This document shows positions 1-9,494 of a DNA stretch of 64,000 nucleotides, one piece after another (positions within the stretch are counted from its first letter, which is position 1; every line of letters begins with the position of its first letter). The position numbers and the translations under genes were made by a program. The stretch covers positions 1,533 through 65,532 of the forward strand of contig CAZMGT010000006.1 of NCBI GenBank assembly GCA_964565895.1, in the 5' to 3' direction. The DNA comes from an uncultured Armatimonadia bacterium. GTDB taxonomy: Bacteria; Armatimonadota; Zipacnadia; UBA1398; CAZMGT01. The notes beneath the pieces are model-generated. The model searched no databases, was not told the origin of the DNA, and saw only the letters and a list, made by a program, of their open reading frames with translations.

Positions 1-1
1 G

Positions 2-1258
2 CACGTCCAGGCCGCTTATGACCTCGCCCGCGAGCAATATGCCGCGTTTGGCGTAAACACCGATGAGGCGATTCGCGCGGCGCTTGAGGTCCCCATCTCC
101 GTCCACTGCTGGCAGGCGGACGACGTGCGCGGGCTGGAGGTGCACGAGGAGCCGCTGGATACGGGCGGCCTGCAGGCCACGGGCAACTACCCCGGCGCCG
201 CGCGCACCGGCGACGAGATCCGCCAGGACTTCGACAAGGCGGCCTCGCTAATCCCCGGCGCGCTGAGGTTTAACATTCACGCCATGTATGCGGAGACGGG
301 CGGCCAGCGCGTAGAGCGCGACGCGCTTCAGCCGGAGCACTTTGCCCGGTGGGTCGAGTGGTGCAAGAGCCGCGGCTGGGGGCTGGACTTTAACCCCACA
401 TGTTTCGCGCACCCCATGGTAAAAAACGGGCTAACCCTGTCCAGCGAGGACCCCGCCGTGCGCCAATTTTGGATCGACCACTGCCGCGCCTGCCGGCGCA
501 TCGCCCAGGCCATTGCCGAGCAGCTCGGCGAGTGCGTGAACAACATTTGGATCCCCGACGGCCGCAAGGACAGCACAGCCGACCGCTGGGGCCCGCGGGA
601 AAGGCTCCTTTCTGCGCTGGATGAGATCCTCGAGGAACCCCTGCCCGGCGTCATCGATTCTGTGGAGAGCAAGCTGTTTGGCATTGGCGTAGAGGACTAT
701 ACCGCCGGCTCGCACGAGTTTTACCTCTGCTATGCCGCGACGCGCAACGTTGCCCTGTGCTTCGACATGGGCCACTTTCACCCCACCGAGAGCGTCGCCG
801 ACAAGCTCTCCGCGGCGCTGCAGTTTCTCGAGCGCGTGCTCATCCACGCAAGCCGGGGCATCCGCTGGGACAGCGACCACGTGGTCCGCTTTACCGACGA
901 GCTAAAGGCCGTGTGCGACGAGGCCGTGCGCTATGGCCAGCTCGGGCGCGTGCTTTGGGCACTGGACTACTTCGACGCGAGCATCAACCGCGTTGCCGCT
1001 TGGGTAATCGGCGCGCGCGCCCTGCGCAAGGCGCTTTTGGCGGCGCTGCTCGAGCCCTGGGAGTTGCTCCGCGAGCTGGAGTATGAGGACCAAGGGGCGG
1101 CGAAGCTCGCCCTGCTCGAGCGCCGGGGCGAGCTGCCCTTCGGCGCCGTGTGGGACTATGCTTGCCTGAAGGCCGGTGTCCCCGTGGGGGCGAGCTGGCT
1201 CGCCGACGTCGCCGCTTATGAGCGCGAGGTGCTCAGCAAGCGCGAAGGGGCGGGCTAA
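2..1258 (+). CDS. rhaA: L-rhamnose isomerase, 5'-partial (frame open to window edge)
   Basis: Translation aligns along its length with E. coli RhaA as I recall it (e.g. HCWQ.DDV, QATGNYPG, FWIDHC, WVIGTR/WVIGAR, LEP..ELR.LE). Upstream frame stays open to position 2, so the gene starts before the window. Confidence 0.9.
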   Translation, partial: HVQAAYDLAREQYAAFGVNTDEAIRAALEVPISVHCWQADDVRGLEVHEEPLDTGGLQATGNYPGAARTGDEIRQDFDKAASLIPGALRFNIHAMYAETGGQRVERDALQPEHFARWVEWCKSRGWGLDFNPTCFAHPMVKNGLTLSSEDPAVRQFWIDHCRACRRIAQAIAEQLGECVNNIWIPDGRKDSTADRWGPRERLLSALDEILEEPLPGVIDSVESKLFGIGVEDYTAGSHEFYLCYAATRNVALCFDMGHFHPTESVADKLSAALQFLERVLIHASRGIRWDSDHVVRFTDELKAVCDEAVRYGQLGRVLWALDYFDASINRVAAWVIGARALRKALLAALLEPWELLRELEYEDQGAAKLALLERRGELPFGAVWDYACLKAGVPVGASWLADVAAYEREVLSKREGAG

Positions 1259-2424
1259 AGCGCCGCGCGAAACACCTCGGCCACCTGCTCCTCGCTCAGC
1301 TTCTTGCAATAGCGCTCGCGCAGGCGCGCCATGTTAACGCTCTGCGCCATTTGGGAGATGTGCTCCTCGCGTGCCCCGAGGTCGCGCAGGGTAAGCCTCA
1401 TCCCCACGCGCTCCATCCACTCCACCATCGCGGGCAGGGCGCGCTGCGCCGCCTGCTCCACGCTGAGCCCGGCGGTGTCCGCGCCGAGGAGATGGGCGAA
1501 CCAGGCCGCCTTGTGCGGCCGCTCCTCGATGAGATGCCCGAGGACCACGGGCATCATTGCGGCAAGGCTTTCCCCGTGAATCGACCCCAGCGTCGCCGCG
1601 ACGGCGAGGGCAAAGATGTGCAGCCCCGCCTCGCCCAGCGAGGCGCACACGCAAAGCGCCGCCTCCGCCGCGGTCCAGAGCAGCGCCGCGCGGGCGCCGA
1701 CGTTTTGCGGCTCGCTAAGCAGCCGCGGGAGGGTGTCTACCACGGTCCCGATGCAATGCGCGGCCATGCAGTCTACCCACGGGTGGGCGGGCTCGGCGAA
1801 AAAGCGCTCGAAGGCATGTGTGAGAGCGTCAAACGCCGTGGCTCGCGTTTGGCGCTCGGGGAGGGTAAGCGTGAGCTCGGGGTCGAGCAGGGCAACCTTG
1901 GGGATCATCATCGCGCAGCGCAGGGGCCCCTTCTGGCGCGTCTCGGCATTGGAAAGCACGGCGATACCGTTAACCTCCGAACCCGTCCCGTGAGTGGTGG
2001 GCACGGCGACCACGGGCAGGGGGGCGTTCTTCGGCTCGCGGCGCGGCCCGCGAAACTCAATGGTATACTCCCACGCCGGCCCGTCGTTAGTGGCCAGAAC
2101 GCTCGCCGCCTTGGCCGTGTCCATGGCGCTTCCCCCGCCCAAGGCGACGAGCACGTCGCACCCGCGCAGACGCAGCTCCTCGGCCAGCTCGTCCACCGTT
2201 TGCGCCAGCGGATCCGGTGTGCAGCGGTCGAACACGGAAAGCTCAAGCCCGGCGCTTCGCAACGTGTCCGCGGCGCGCCCCACGTGCGGAATGTCGGCCA
2301 TGGTAACGAGCATGGCGTGGCCGCCGAACGCCGCGGCGAGCTCGCCCAGCCGGGCCAGCTCGCCCGGGCCAAAGATTATCCGGGGGCAAGCGAGCCACTC
2401 AAAGCGCGTTTGCCAGTCGGTCAT
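1255..2424 (-). CDS. Iron-containing (group III) alcohol dehydrogenase, lactaldehyde/propanediol oxidoreductase-like
   Basis: Fe-ADH family hallmarks (GGGS.MD, VAVPTT.GTGSE). ATG at 2424 is preceded by GGAGGAG; the track's 35-aa Arg-rich N-extension is discounted. Its stop overlaps the rhaA stop in antisense. Confidence 0.8.
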   Translation of the reverse strand: MTDWQTRFEWLACPRIIFGPGELARLGELAAAFGGHAMLVTMADIPHVGRAADTLRSAGLELSVFDRCTPDPLAQTVDELAEELRLRGCDVLVALGGGSAMDTAKAASVLATNDGPAWEYTIEFRGPRREPKNAPLPVVAVPTTHGTGSEVNGIAVLSNAETRQKGPLRCAMMIPKVALLDPELTLTLPERQTRATAFDALTHAFERFFAEPAHPWVDCMAAHCIGTVVDTLPRLLSEPQNVGARAALLWTAAEAALCVCASLGEAGLHIFALAVAATLGSIHGESLAAMMPVVLGHLIEERPHKAAWFAHLLGADTAGLSVEQAAQRALPAMVEWMERVGMRLTLRDLGAREEHISQMAQSVNMARLRERYCKKLSEEQVAEVFRAAL

Positions 2425-2586
2425 TGCTTCTCCTCCGTTTCTCGGCGAGCGGCGCGAGCGCCGACGAGCAGTAGCGCGCGAGTTGGAAATTGGAAAATCT
2501 TTTCCCAAAATAATGGCGCAAATAGCCAAACATAGTGCATACTATATTGCGCCAACAGTTATAGCACAGACGCGAGGAGGAAAATA

Positions 2587-2811
2587 ATGCGCGAACGCGT
2601 GGAGGAAGTACTCAACGAGGTGCGCCCCGCGCTGCAGATGGACGGCGGCGACGTCGAGCTTGTCGACGTTACCGAGGACAACATCGTTAAGCTGCGCCTC
2701 ACCGGGCACTGTGCCGGCTGCCCCATGGCCCAAATGACCCTGCGCATGCACATCGAGCGCATCCTGCGCACGCGCATTCCGGAGATCGCCGGCGTAGAGC
2801 AGGTCCCCTAG
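2587..2811 (+). CDS. NifU-like Fe-S cluster assembly domain protein (Nfu type)
   Basis: 74 aa with the GHC.GCP signature of the NifU C-terminal domain. RBS GAGGAGG 7 nt upstream of the ATG. Confidence 0.8.
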   Translation: MRERVEEVLNEVRPALQMDGGDVELVDVTEDNIVKLRLTGHCAGCPMAQMTLRMHIERILRTRIPEIAGVEQVP

Positions 2812-3080
2812 GCCGCAGCACAGCTCTCTCACCGCGCAGCCCGCCTCGCAGCGCTTGCCACAGCGCGACTTTCCTGCTGCGATGCTAACCGCCGGCCATG
2901 CCGCCACACTCCTGTTCCTAGGCGCGCTACGCGGAAGTTGCACTGAGGCGACTGCTGGGTTTTAGCGAATAGCAAAGCGCGAGGAGCGCCCCCGTGGGCG
3001 TGCTCGCCAGCGCGACGGCATTATCGCGCGGTTATTCCCTCCCGCGGCAGGGCGTATGGCGCGCACTAATTTAAGGGAGG

Positions 3081-3350
3081 GTGGTTGCCGTGGCTGTGTT
3101 GTGGCAGGTAGCTCTGGCGCTGGCCGCGCTAACGCTGCTTTTGGGGCTGATTGCTCGGTTTATCGTCCCCGGCTTCGGCCAAGCGTTCATCGCCCCCTCG
3201 ACCTACGTCGACCTCACCCAAATGTTCCTCCTCTGGACCATCGCGCTCATCCTCGTTCAGTTCGCGCGCAAACCGCAGGGCGAAGCGGAGGAGGAGCAGC
3301 CCAAGCCCACCGCCGCACAAGCGCCCCAGCAGACGCCGCCAGCGCAATAG
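3081..3350 (+). CDS. Small integral membrane protein, hypothetical
   Basis: GTG start preceded by AGGGAGGGTGG. Two hydrophobic helices and a Glu/Pro/Gln-rich tail. Confidence 0.45.
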   Translation: MVAVAVLWQVALALAALTLLLGLIARFIVPGFGQAFIAPSTYVDLTQMFLLWTIALILVQFARKPQGEAEEEQPKPTAAQAPQQTPPAQ

Positions 3351-3516
3351 CTAAGCGGGAGGAGAAAACGCGCCTCCCCGGCTAACGGACGAGCCCAAGC
3401 GCAGCGCGCCGCAGCGCAACGGCCGCTGCAAGGCGCGGGGCGCGCTTCTTCACCGCGCCAAGGGACTGGGCGGCAAAACAGCGAAACACCTAAGCGGAGA
3501 GGAGTGAGACGCTGCC

Positions 3517-4137
3517 ATGTTAGGCCGACTCGCTGCTGCGCTTGTGTTCGCTCTTGCCTTGTCCCTGCTTTTGCCCCCAGCCTTGGCCCAGGGCAAGCCC
3601 GCAGACGAGGGCTGGATCGCGCTGTTCAACGGCAAGGACCTTCAGGGCTGGCGAGCCGTGGGCGGGGCGAAGTGGACGGTGGAAAACGGGATTCTCATCG
3701 GCCAGCAGGACAACGGCAAGCCGGGCGACCTGTATACCGAGCGCACGTTTCGCGACTTCGAGCTGCGCTGCACGTTTAAAATGGTCTGGCCGGGCAACAG
3801 CGGAATCTGGTTCCGCAGCAAGCCCGAGCAGGGCCAGCTCGGCTATCAAATGGACGTTTTGGACAAAAAAGAGTACGGCTGCACCGTGGGCTCCGTCTGG
3901 TCGCGCGGCTTCCTTGCTAAAAACACCGATGAGTCGATCGTCAACCTCGACGGCTGGAACGACGTGACGATTACCTGCCGCGGAAACCACATCGTCGTCG
4001 TGCTCAACGGGCACAAAGTGGCCGACATTACCAACGACCGCTATGCCGAGGGGCGGATCGGCCTGCAGGTCCATGCCGGCGACAAGTATAAGAACATGAA
4101 GATTATGGTTAAGGAGATGAAGATCCGCCCGCTGTAG
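3517..4137 (+). CDS. Secreted DUF1080 (3-keto-disaccharide hydrolase / LamG-like) family protein
   Basis: Signal peptide. Motif GWIALFNGKDL.GW plus the jelly-roll signature is typical of DUF1080. Confidence 0.8.
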   Translation: MLGRLAAALVFALALSLLLPPALAQGKPADEGWIALFNGKDLQGWRAVGGAKWTVENGILIGQQDNGKPGDLYTERTFRDFELRCTFKMVWPGNSGIWFRSKPEQGQLGYQMDVLDKKEYGCTVGSVWSRGFLAKNTDESIVNLDGWNDVTITCRGNHIVVVLNGHKVADITNDRYAEGRIGLQVHAGDKYKNMKIMVKEMKIRPL

Positions 4138-4152
4138 CTATGGAGGCGCCGT

Positions 4153-5559
4153 CTACTGTCCGGCGCTGCGTGCGACAACGGCTAGCGAGTCCTCAAACGG
4201 CGGGAGATTTACGACAAGCTCTGCGCCGTCCCGCGCTAGGGAGGCGGCGGCCGCGAGCGCGCCGCTATCGGCGTCGTACATTTGCACAACCCAGCGCTTT
4301 GCTTTTCCCAGCGGGCAAATGCTCACTCTTTGCCCGACTAAGTGGCGAACCGGCCAGCGCGGAGCGGCGCACCGAACATCCCTTACCCAAGCCAAAATCG
4401 TCCGCTCGTTGCCTACCGCGGCTCCGGCGATCTCCGCTGTCCCGCGGAGGGGCAACGGGCGAAACCCGGCGAAATCGATCGTCGCGGCAAGCCGCGCCGC
4501 GCTGCGCGCAGCAAAGCTATATCTGCTGCGCAAATCTAACCCGAAAAAGCGATCGTAGCCGTCCTCCCACCACAGCATTCGGCCGTTTGCCGCCCCGGAA
4601 ACAAGCGAGGCCCAAATCGCGTGCTTTATCCCAACACGCGCCCTGCTCGAGGCGACAAGGGCGCCAGTCGGCCCACTTGCCTCAAGCCCGCACTCGCCGA
4701 TGAGCACCGGCTTGCCATAGCGCGCAAGCCTCTGCCGAACAGCTTGGATGATCAGCTCAGCGAGCTCTCCGCGAGCCGCCGCGCCGCTTGCGTATGGGTG
4801 CACTTGGACGAGGTCCACCGCCTCGCTAGAAAACACTGCGGGCCAATCGCGAACCCCAGCGAGCGACGCGGTAATCGGCCGCCGGGCGGGGTCGGCGTTC
4901 CGCACGACCTGGGCCGCTTGTTCGACGAATTCCGCGGCAAGCTCCTCGTTTGACCCCGACACGAGGTCGAGCTCGGAGAAAATCTCCCAGGCGAGGATAT
5001 TGCTCCGCCCGCTCCACCGAGCGACGAGGCGCCCCAGCCACGAAAGCCACATCCTGCGGCAGGGGGTGTCGCGGAGAAGGTCCGCGGGCTGCTCCGCGGG
5101 GCCGCCGTTGCGCTGGTTATAGGGGTTGTCCTTCCACCGCTGCCAGGGCTCGCCCCGGCTCCCGTCGTTCCAGTCGGCCCAAACGCCAAACACGGGGAGG
5201 ATGTAAATTCCCCGCTCGCCCGCCGCCTGGAAGACCTTCTCCCAGCGCTTGGCCCAGCGCTCATCTACCGCGCCCGCCGGCCCCTGGGGAACGATGCCCA
5301 CCGTTAGCTGCACGCGGGCGAGCTTCTCCCCGTCCTGCTCAGCCCAGGCAAAAAGCTCCTCAAAGTGCTCCTGCCGCCACCCTGCCGCGTTGCGCCCGAA
5401 GAGAAAGACGTGCCTTTTGCCGGCTGAAAAATAAAACTCTCCCCGCAGCAAGCGCAGGCGTTCCGTTTCGCCTTGCGCCGCCCATGGCCCGCGCACCGCG
5501 CACAGCGCGCCTATGGCAAACGCCACAGCTAACAGCCCCACGCCTCCCGCACGCCGCAT
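4153..5559 (-). CDS. Secreted clan GH-A glycoside hydrolase, GH5-like
   Basis: Signal peptide from MRRAGGVGLL. WEIFSE and IGECG resemble the acid/base and nucleophile strands of GH5-type TIM barrels. The Arg-rich track N-extension is discounted. Confidence 0.6.
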   Translation of the reverse strand: MRRAGGVGLLAVAFAIGALCAVRGPWAAQGETERLRLLRGEFYFSAGKRHVFLFGRNAAGWRQEHFEELFAWAEQDGEKLARVQLTVGIVPQGPAGAVDERWAKRWEKVFQAAGERGIYILPVFGVWADWNDGSRGEPWQRWKDNPYNQRNGGPAEQPADLLRDTPCRRMWLSWLGRLVARWSGRSNILAWEIFSELDLVSGSNEELAAEFVEQAAQVVRNADPARRPITASLAGVRDWPAVFSSEAVDLVQVHPYASGAAARGELAELIIQAVRQRLARYGKPVLIGECGLEASGPTGALVASSRARVGIKHAIWASLVSGAANGRMLWWEDGYDRFFGLDLRSRYSFAARSAARLAATIDFAGFRPLPLRGTAEIAGAAVGNERTILAWVRDVRCAAPRWPVRHLVGQRVSICPLGKAKRWVVQMYDADSGALAAAASLARDGAELVVNLPPFEDSLAVVARSAGQ

Positions 5560-5643
5560 CGGTCGGGGCACGACATTCCTCCTCCCGCTAGCCTCGCGTC
5601 GCGATCTGTTCCGCCGGCCCGCGTTCGCCAAACGGGGCAGGAG

Positions 5644-7074
5644 TCAACGTGAGGCAGAGATTTTGCGCAGAATGTCCCAATATGCTCCGCGCTCGCCCGC
5701 GGCAATCGCCTGCACGAGCAGCGGGTTGCCGTCGTAGTTGTAGTCCACTTGGCCGCTCTCCGGCCAGCTAAAGAAAAACCGCGTATCGCCGGCGATAAGC
5801 TCTACGACAAACTGCGCGATATCGTCGCCAAGGGCAGGATCTAGGTAAAACACAGGCAGGGCGAGGTCCGCGTTGCCCTCTACCGCGCCGTGCACGCCTG
5901 GCATGGCGCGTGAGCCGCTGCCGAATATCCGCTGAGCGAGCGCCGTCCCCGGGTAAATGCGCACGCCAAGCGCCACGCCCACGCAGTCCGGCGAAAGGCG
6001 CTTCATCTGCTCGATCGTCTCGCGCACCGTCTCGCGCGTCTCCCCCGGGCCGCCCAGGAGGAGGTCGAACATGCAGGCGATGCCTGCCTCGCGGCACGCG
6101 GCAACAACCTGGCGCAGGTCCTCGGGCGTGTGCTCGCGCCCGAGCGCGCGAAGCATCGCGCTGTGGGCGCTGTCTACGCCGAAGTTCAGCCCCACGCAGC
6201 CTGCGCGGCGCATTAGCCGGGCCAGCTCGCGCGAAAAGGGCACGGGGCTGCAATAGGCGTACCAGCGCAGCCTTTCCCCCAGCCCGGCCTCGATGATCGC
6301 TTGGCACACCTCGCGCGCGTGCTCCGGGGGAATGTTAAACTCGCTGTCGCACAGGTGCAGGCAGTCGACACCCTGGGCCAACAAACGGCGGATTTCCCCG
6401 ACAACAGCCCGCGGCGGGCGCAAGCGCGGCCGGCGCCCCTTGCTTAGGGGGTCCGCGCAGTAGACGCAGCGCTTGGGGCAGCCGCGCTTTGTCTCCACGC
6501 TTCCCTGGCCGCCTTCGCGGAAATAGCGCGCGTTGTCCACCGCATCGCGGGGGAGAGACTCCTCGCCGAACTCCTCCCAGCGCGGCGCGCTAACGTGCAC
6601 CTCCTCGCCGCTGCGCCACACCAACCCGGCGATCTCCGCAACATCGCCCGCGCACTCCAGCGCTTGCGCAAGCTGAACGAGCGCGCGCTCGCCATCGCCG
6701 ACGATGCCGAAGTCCGCCCCCAACCTGCGCAGCAGCCCCGCGGGGGCCACAGAATAGCCGCTTCCCCCGACAACCACGGGGGCCGCGCTCTGCGCCCGCG
6801 CCACGCGGACGAGCGCGGCAACGTCGCCGAGGAACGAGTGCTGGGTGGCAAAGTAGCAGTCGTCGGTATTGCGCAGGGTGAGGGCGACGAGCAGCGGCTC
6901 GCACTGCGCTAGCTCGCGCGCCAGGGCCTCCTCCGGGTTGTGGGCAAAGCAGAGGTCGAGCAGGCGCCAGGAGACGCCCGCGCGCTGGAGGGCATGGGCC
7001 AGATACTCCAGCCCGAGGGGGGCGATGGGCGGCTTTATCCGGTTTGTGTTAACCAAAAGCACAGATCGGGCCAC
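5644..7074 (-). CDS. B12-binding domain / radical SAM domain protein
   Basis: N-terminal B12-binding fold (SVLLVNTN...GLEYLA) followed by a radical SAM core (GCPKRCVYCAD). GTG at 7074 with AGAGGAG 8 nt upstream; the track's 53-aa Cys/Arg-rich extension is discounted. Confidence 0.8.
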   Translation of the reverse strand: MARSVLLVNTNRIKPPIAPLGLEYLAHALQRAGVSWRLLDLCFAHNPEEALARELAQCEPLLVALTLRNTDDCYFATQHSFLGDVAALVRVARAQSAAPVVVGGSGYSVAPAGLLRRLGADFGIVGDGERALVQLAQALECAGDVAEIAGLVWRSGEEVHVSAPRWEEFGEESLPRDAVDNARYFREGGQGSVETKRGCPKRCVYCADPLSKGRRPRLRPPRAVVGEIRRLLAQGVDCLHLCDSEFNIPPEHAREVCQAIIEAGLGERLRWYAYCSPVPFSRELARLMRRAGCVGLNFGVDSAHSAMLRALGREHTPEDLRQVVAACREAGIACMFDLLLGGPGETRETVRETIEQMKRLSPDCVGVALGVRIYPGTALAQRIFGSGSRAMPGVHGAVEGNADLALPVFYLDPALGDDIAQFVVELIAGDTRFFFSWPESGQVDYNYDGNPLLVQAIAAGERGAYWDILRKISASR

Positions 7075-7214
7075 GCTGTGCACTCCTCTGCGCCTGCTGC
7101 TCGAGCAGCACGGCGTTCTCCAATGGCTCCCGGCCAACCTTTCGCAAAAGCTAGGATTCGCCCTGCCCCATGCCGAACGGCAGCGCACAAACCCACAGGC
7201 CGGGGGTGGGGCAA

Positions 7215-8732
7215 ATGCGGAGGACCATGGCATTAGCGCTGGCCTGGGCTGTGCTCTGCGCCGCGGGATGTGGCTGGGCCGCGGTGCGCAACGTGCACAT
7301 CAAGAGCAACAGATGCGTCGACACCTGGTCGCCGGAGACCATCGTGGCCACAGTATGCAACCGCCTGGGGATGAGCGACCAGGAGCGGTGCATTGCCCTG
7401 TGGGAGTTTGTTGCGCGGAGCATGTTTCACCACGCGACGCCGGCGGACCACGGCTTTGGCGACCGCTGGCCCAATTATACGTTGGACGGGATGAAGCTGC
7501 TCAACGTCTACGGCTTCTCCCTATGCACCCCAATGTCCGTTACCCTGGGCATGCTTTTCGAAGCCGCGGGCTACGAGGCGGAGATAATCAAGCTCCCCGG
7601 GCACAGCATCGTCCACGTGAAGTACGACAACTCCTGGCACGCGTTCGACCCGATGATGGCCTGGTATGTGCTCAAGCCCGACGGCTCCGTCGCCGGCTGT
7701 CAGGACATTGCCGAAAAACCCAGCCTAATCCTTAACGCCCAAGCCGAGGGGCGGGCGAGCAACCCGTTTTGCCCCTGCGGCGACAAGCCGGAGTGGCTCG
7801 CCAAGGCCATTGCCTCGTGGAGCTCGTTTGGCCCGGGCAGCGTAAACAAACCCCGCTGGAAGCCGGACTATGTCCTCCGCCAGGGCGAGGAGCTGTGCCT
7901 CCTGTGGGACAACGAGGGCAAATTCTGGTCGCCCCGCACGCCAAAGGGAAGCCTCCCCGTGCACAGTTGCTCCATTAACCGCGACCGCGCCTGGCCCGCG
8001 TTTGAAAAATACTGGGCGCCATATGTAAAAACCATCGCCGGCCGCCAAGTCGTCCGCTATTGGACGACGAGCAGGCTAACCTATGAGCCCAACCTGCGCA
8101 CGCCAAGCTTTCGCGAGGGCGTAACGAGGAGCGAAAACCTCGCCCAAAGCGGCCCCGGCCAGCCCGGCCCCGCCCTGCACCCCGCGCAAGCGGGCGAGCC
8201 CGCCTCCGTGACCTTCCGCGTAGCCAGCCAATATGTATTCGCCGACGCCACCCTGCGCGTGGGCGTTGTCCGCAAGGGCGAGGCCGACCTCCTCGCGGTG
8301 AGCGTCTCCGTAGATGGCGGCCGAACATGGCGCTCGCTGGGCCAGGCTCCGGTGGGCGAGCGGGAGATTACCCAAAGCCTAACGAGCTTCGTCGCCGGCT
8401 ACTATCAGTATCTCCTGCGCTTTGAGCTGCGCGCCGCGAGCGACCCCCTCGCCTGCGGGATAGACAAACTTAAGCTAGAGCACTTGGTAATGGCCAACGC
8501 CAAGGTGTTCCCCCAGCTCTTCCCGGGCGAAAACCGCATTACCATCGAAGTAGCCAACCCCGAGGAGCTGGCGAACCAGCGCGTCGAGGTAGAGTTCGCC
8601 TGGTTTGAGGGCGAAACGCTGAAGACGCTTCGCAAAACGCTGCGCGAAAGCCCCACGGAGTTTACCATTACTGTCTGGGGCGAAACCACACCGAAGATGA
8701 GGCACATTCGCATTGCCTGCCGGCCCAAGTAA
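7215..8732 (+). CDS. Transglutaminase-like cysteine-protease-fold protein, secreted or lipoprotein
   Basis: Cys-His-Asp core (GFSLCTPMS...GHSIVHV...WHAFDP) typical of the transglutaminase-like superfamily. N-terminal signal with Cys (LCAAGC). Divergent from the rSAM gene. Confidence 0.65.
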   Translation: MRRTMALALAWAVLCAAGCGWAAVRNVHIKSNRCVDTWSPETIVATVCNRLGMSDQERCIALWEFVARSMFHHATPADHGFGDRWPNYTLDGMKLLNVYGFSLCTPMSVTLGMLFEAAGYEAEIIKLPGHSIVHVKYDNSWHAFDPMMAWYVLKPDGSVAGCQDIAEKPSLILNAQAEGRASNPFCPCGDKPEWLAKAIASWSSFGPGSVNKPRWKPDYVLRQGEELCLLWDNEGKFWSPRTPKGSLPVHSCSINRDRAWPAFEKYWAPYVKTIAGRQVVRYWTTSRLTYEPNLRTPSFREGVTRSENLAQSGPGQPGPALHPAQAGEPASVTFRVASQYVFADATLRVGVVRKGEADLLAVSVSVDGGRTWRSLGQAPVGEREITQSLTSFVAGYYQYLLRFELRAASDPLACGIDKLKLEHLVMANAKVFPQLFPGENRITIEVANPEELANQRVEVEFAWFEGETLKTLRKTLRESPTEFTITVWGETTPKMRHIRIACRPK

Positions 8733-8953
8733 GCGGAGCAGGGTAGGGGACGAAAAAAAAGCGCGCCTCCGCCCGGCGCAAAGGGCCCCGCTGCGAGCTT
8801 AAGCAAAGCGCGCGAAAATACGCGGAGCGCGGCAGCTAAACCGCGCGGCCACTGCTATGTCCCGCGGCTGTGTCTTCACCTGTTTTTTGCCGGCCCGTTC
8901 AAACGCGGTGACCAGACAAGGCTTGCGCGTAGCGCTCCGCCCTGCCCGTCGGC

Positions 8954-9481
8954 CTATTTCCGCCCCTTTTTCTTGTTCCGCGAAAGCCGCGTTAGCTGCT
9001 TTTGCACCGCCTTGCGCAAGGTCTCAAACTCCTGCTTTTCGTAAAACGACTGCCGCAGCTTTCCCTGGCCGTCGAAAATGAAAAACGCGGGCAGCGAGCC
9101 AAACCACTGCGGGTCAACGGCGTTGATAAACTTCTCGTCGTCGCCCTCTTTTTTCAGGTATACGGGAAAGTCCACGCCGTGCTTTTTTAAAAACGGGACG
9201 ACCTTCTCGTCCCACTCGTCCAGGTCGTCAACGGAGACGATGGCCAGGTAAAAAGGCGCGCCGGCAAAATGCTTGCGCAGGCACAGGATGTCCGGAAACT
9301 CCTCGCGGCAGGGCTCGCACCAGGTGGCGAAAAACGAGAGGGCAACGACCTCGCCGCGATGCTCTTGCAGGAGCTTGGCCACGCCGTCGGCATCGAGGGG
9401 CAGGCGCACGAGCTTCGCCGGACAAGGCGCGGCAAAACACAGCGCCGCGCCCAGCAGCAAAGCTATCCGCCAAACCCTCAT
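8954..9481 (-). CDS. TlpA-like thiol:disulfide oxidoreductase (thioredoxin fold, CxxC)
   Basis: Signal peptide. WCEPC active site and a redoxin fold. Confidence 0.8.
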   Translation of the reverse strand: MRVWRIALLLGAALCFAAPCPAKLVRLPLDADGVAKLLQEHRGEVVALSFFATWCEPCREEFPDILCLRKHFAGAPFYLAIVSVDDLDEWDEKVVPFLKKHGVDFPVYLKKEGDDEKFINAVDPQWFGSLPAFFIFDGQGKLRQSFYEKQEFETLRKAVQKQLTRLSRNKKKGRK

Positions 9482-9494
9482 CCCGCCCGCCTCG

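Noticed and set aside
1351-2535. Long antisense or other-frame ORFs throughout: e.g. 1351..2535+, 6869..7735+, 9273..10205+, 10121..11173+, 11201..12511+, 13029..14231-, 20509..21216-, 21836..22558-, 23431..24186-, 26431..27600-, 34939..36381+, 49735..50868+, 52656..53717+, 56321..57415-, 62007..63722+.
   Set aside because: Arg/Pro/Ala/Gly-rich translations typical of GC-rich DNA read out of frame. They have no recognisable motifs or signal peptides, and each overlaps a frame with clear homology or better start context.
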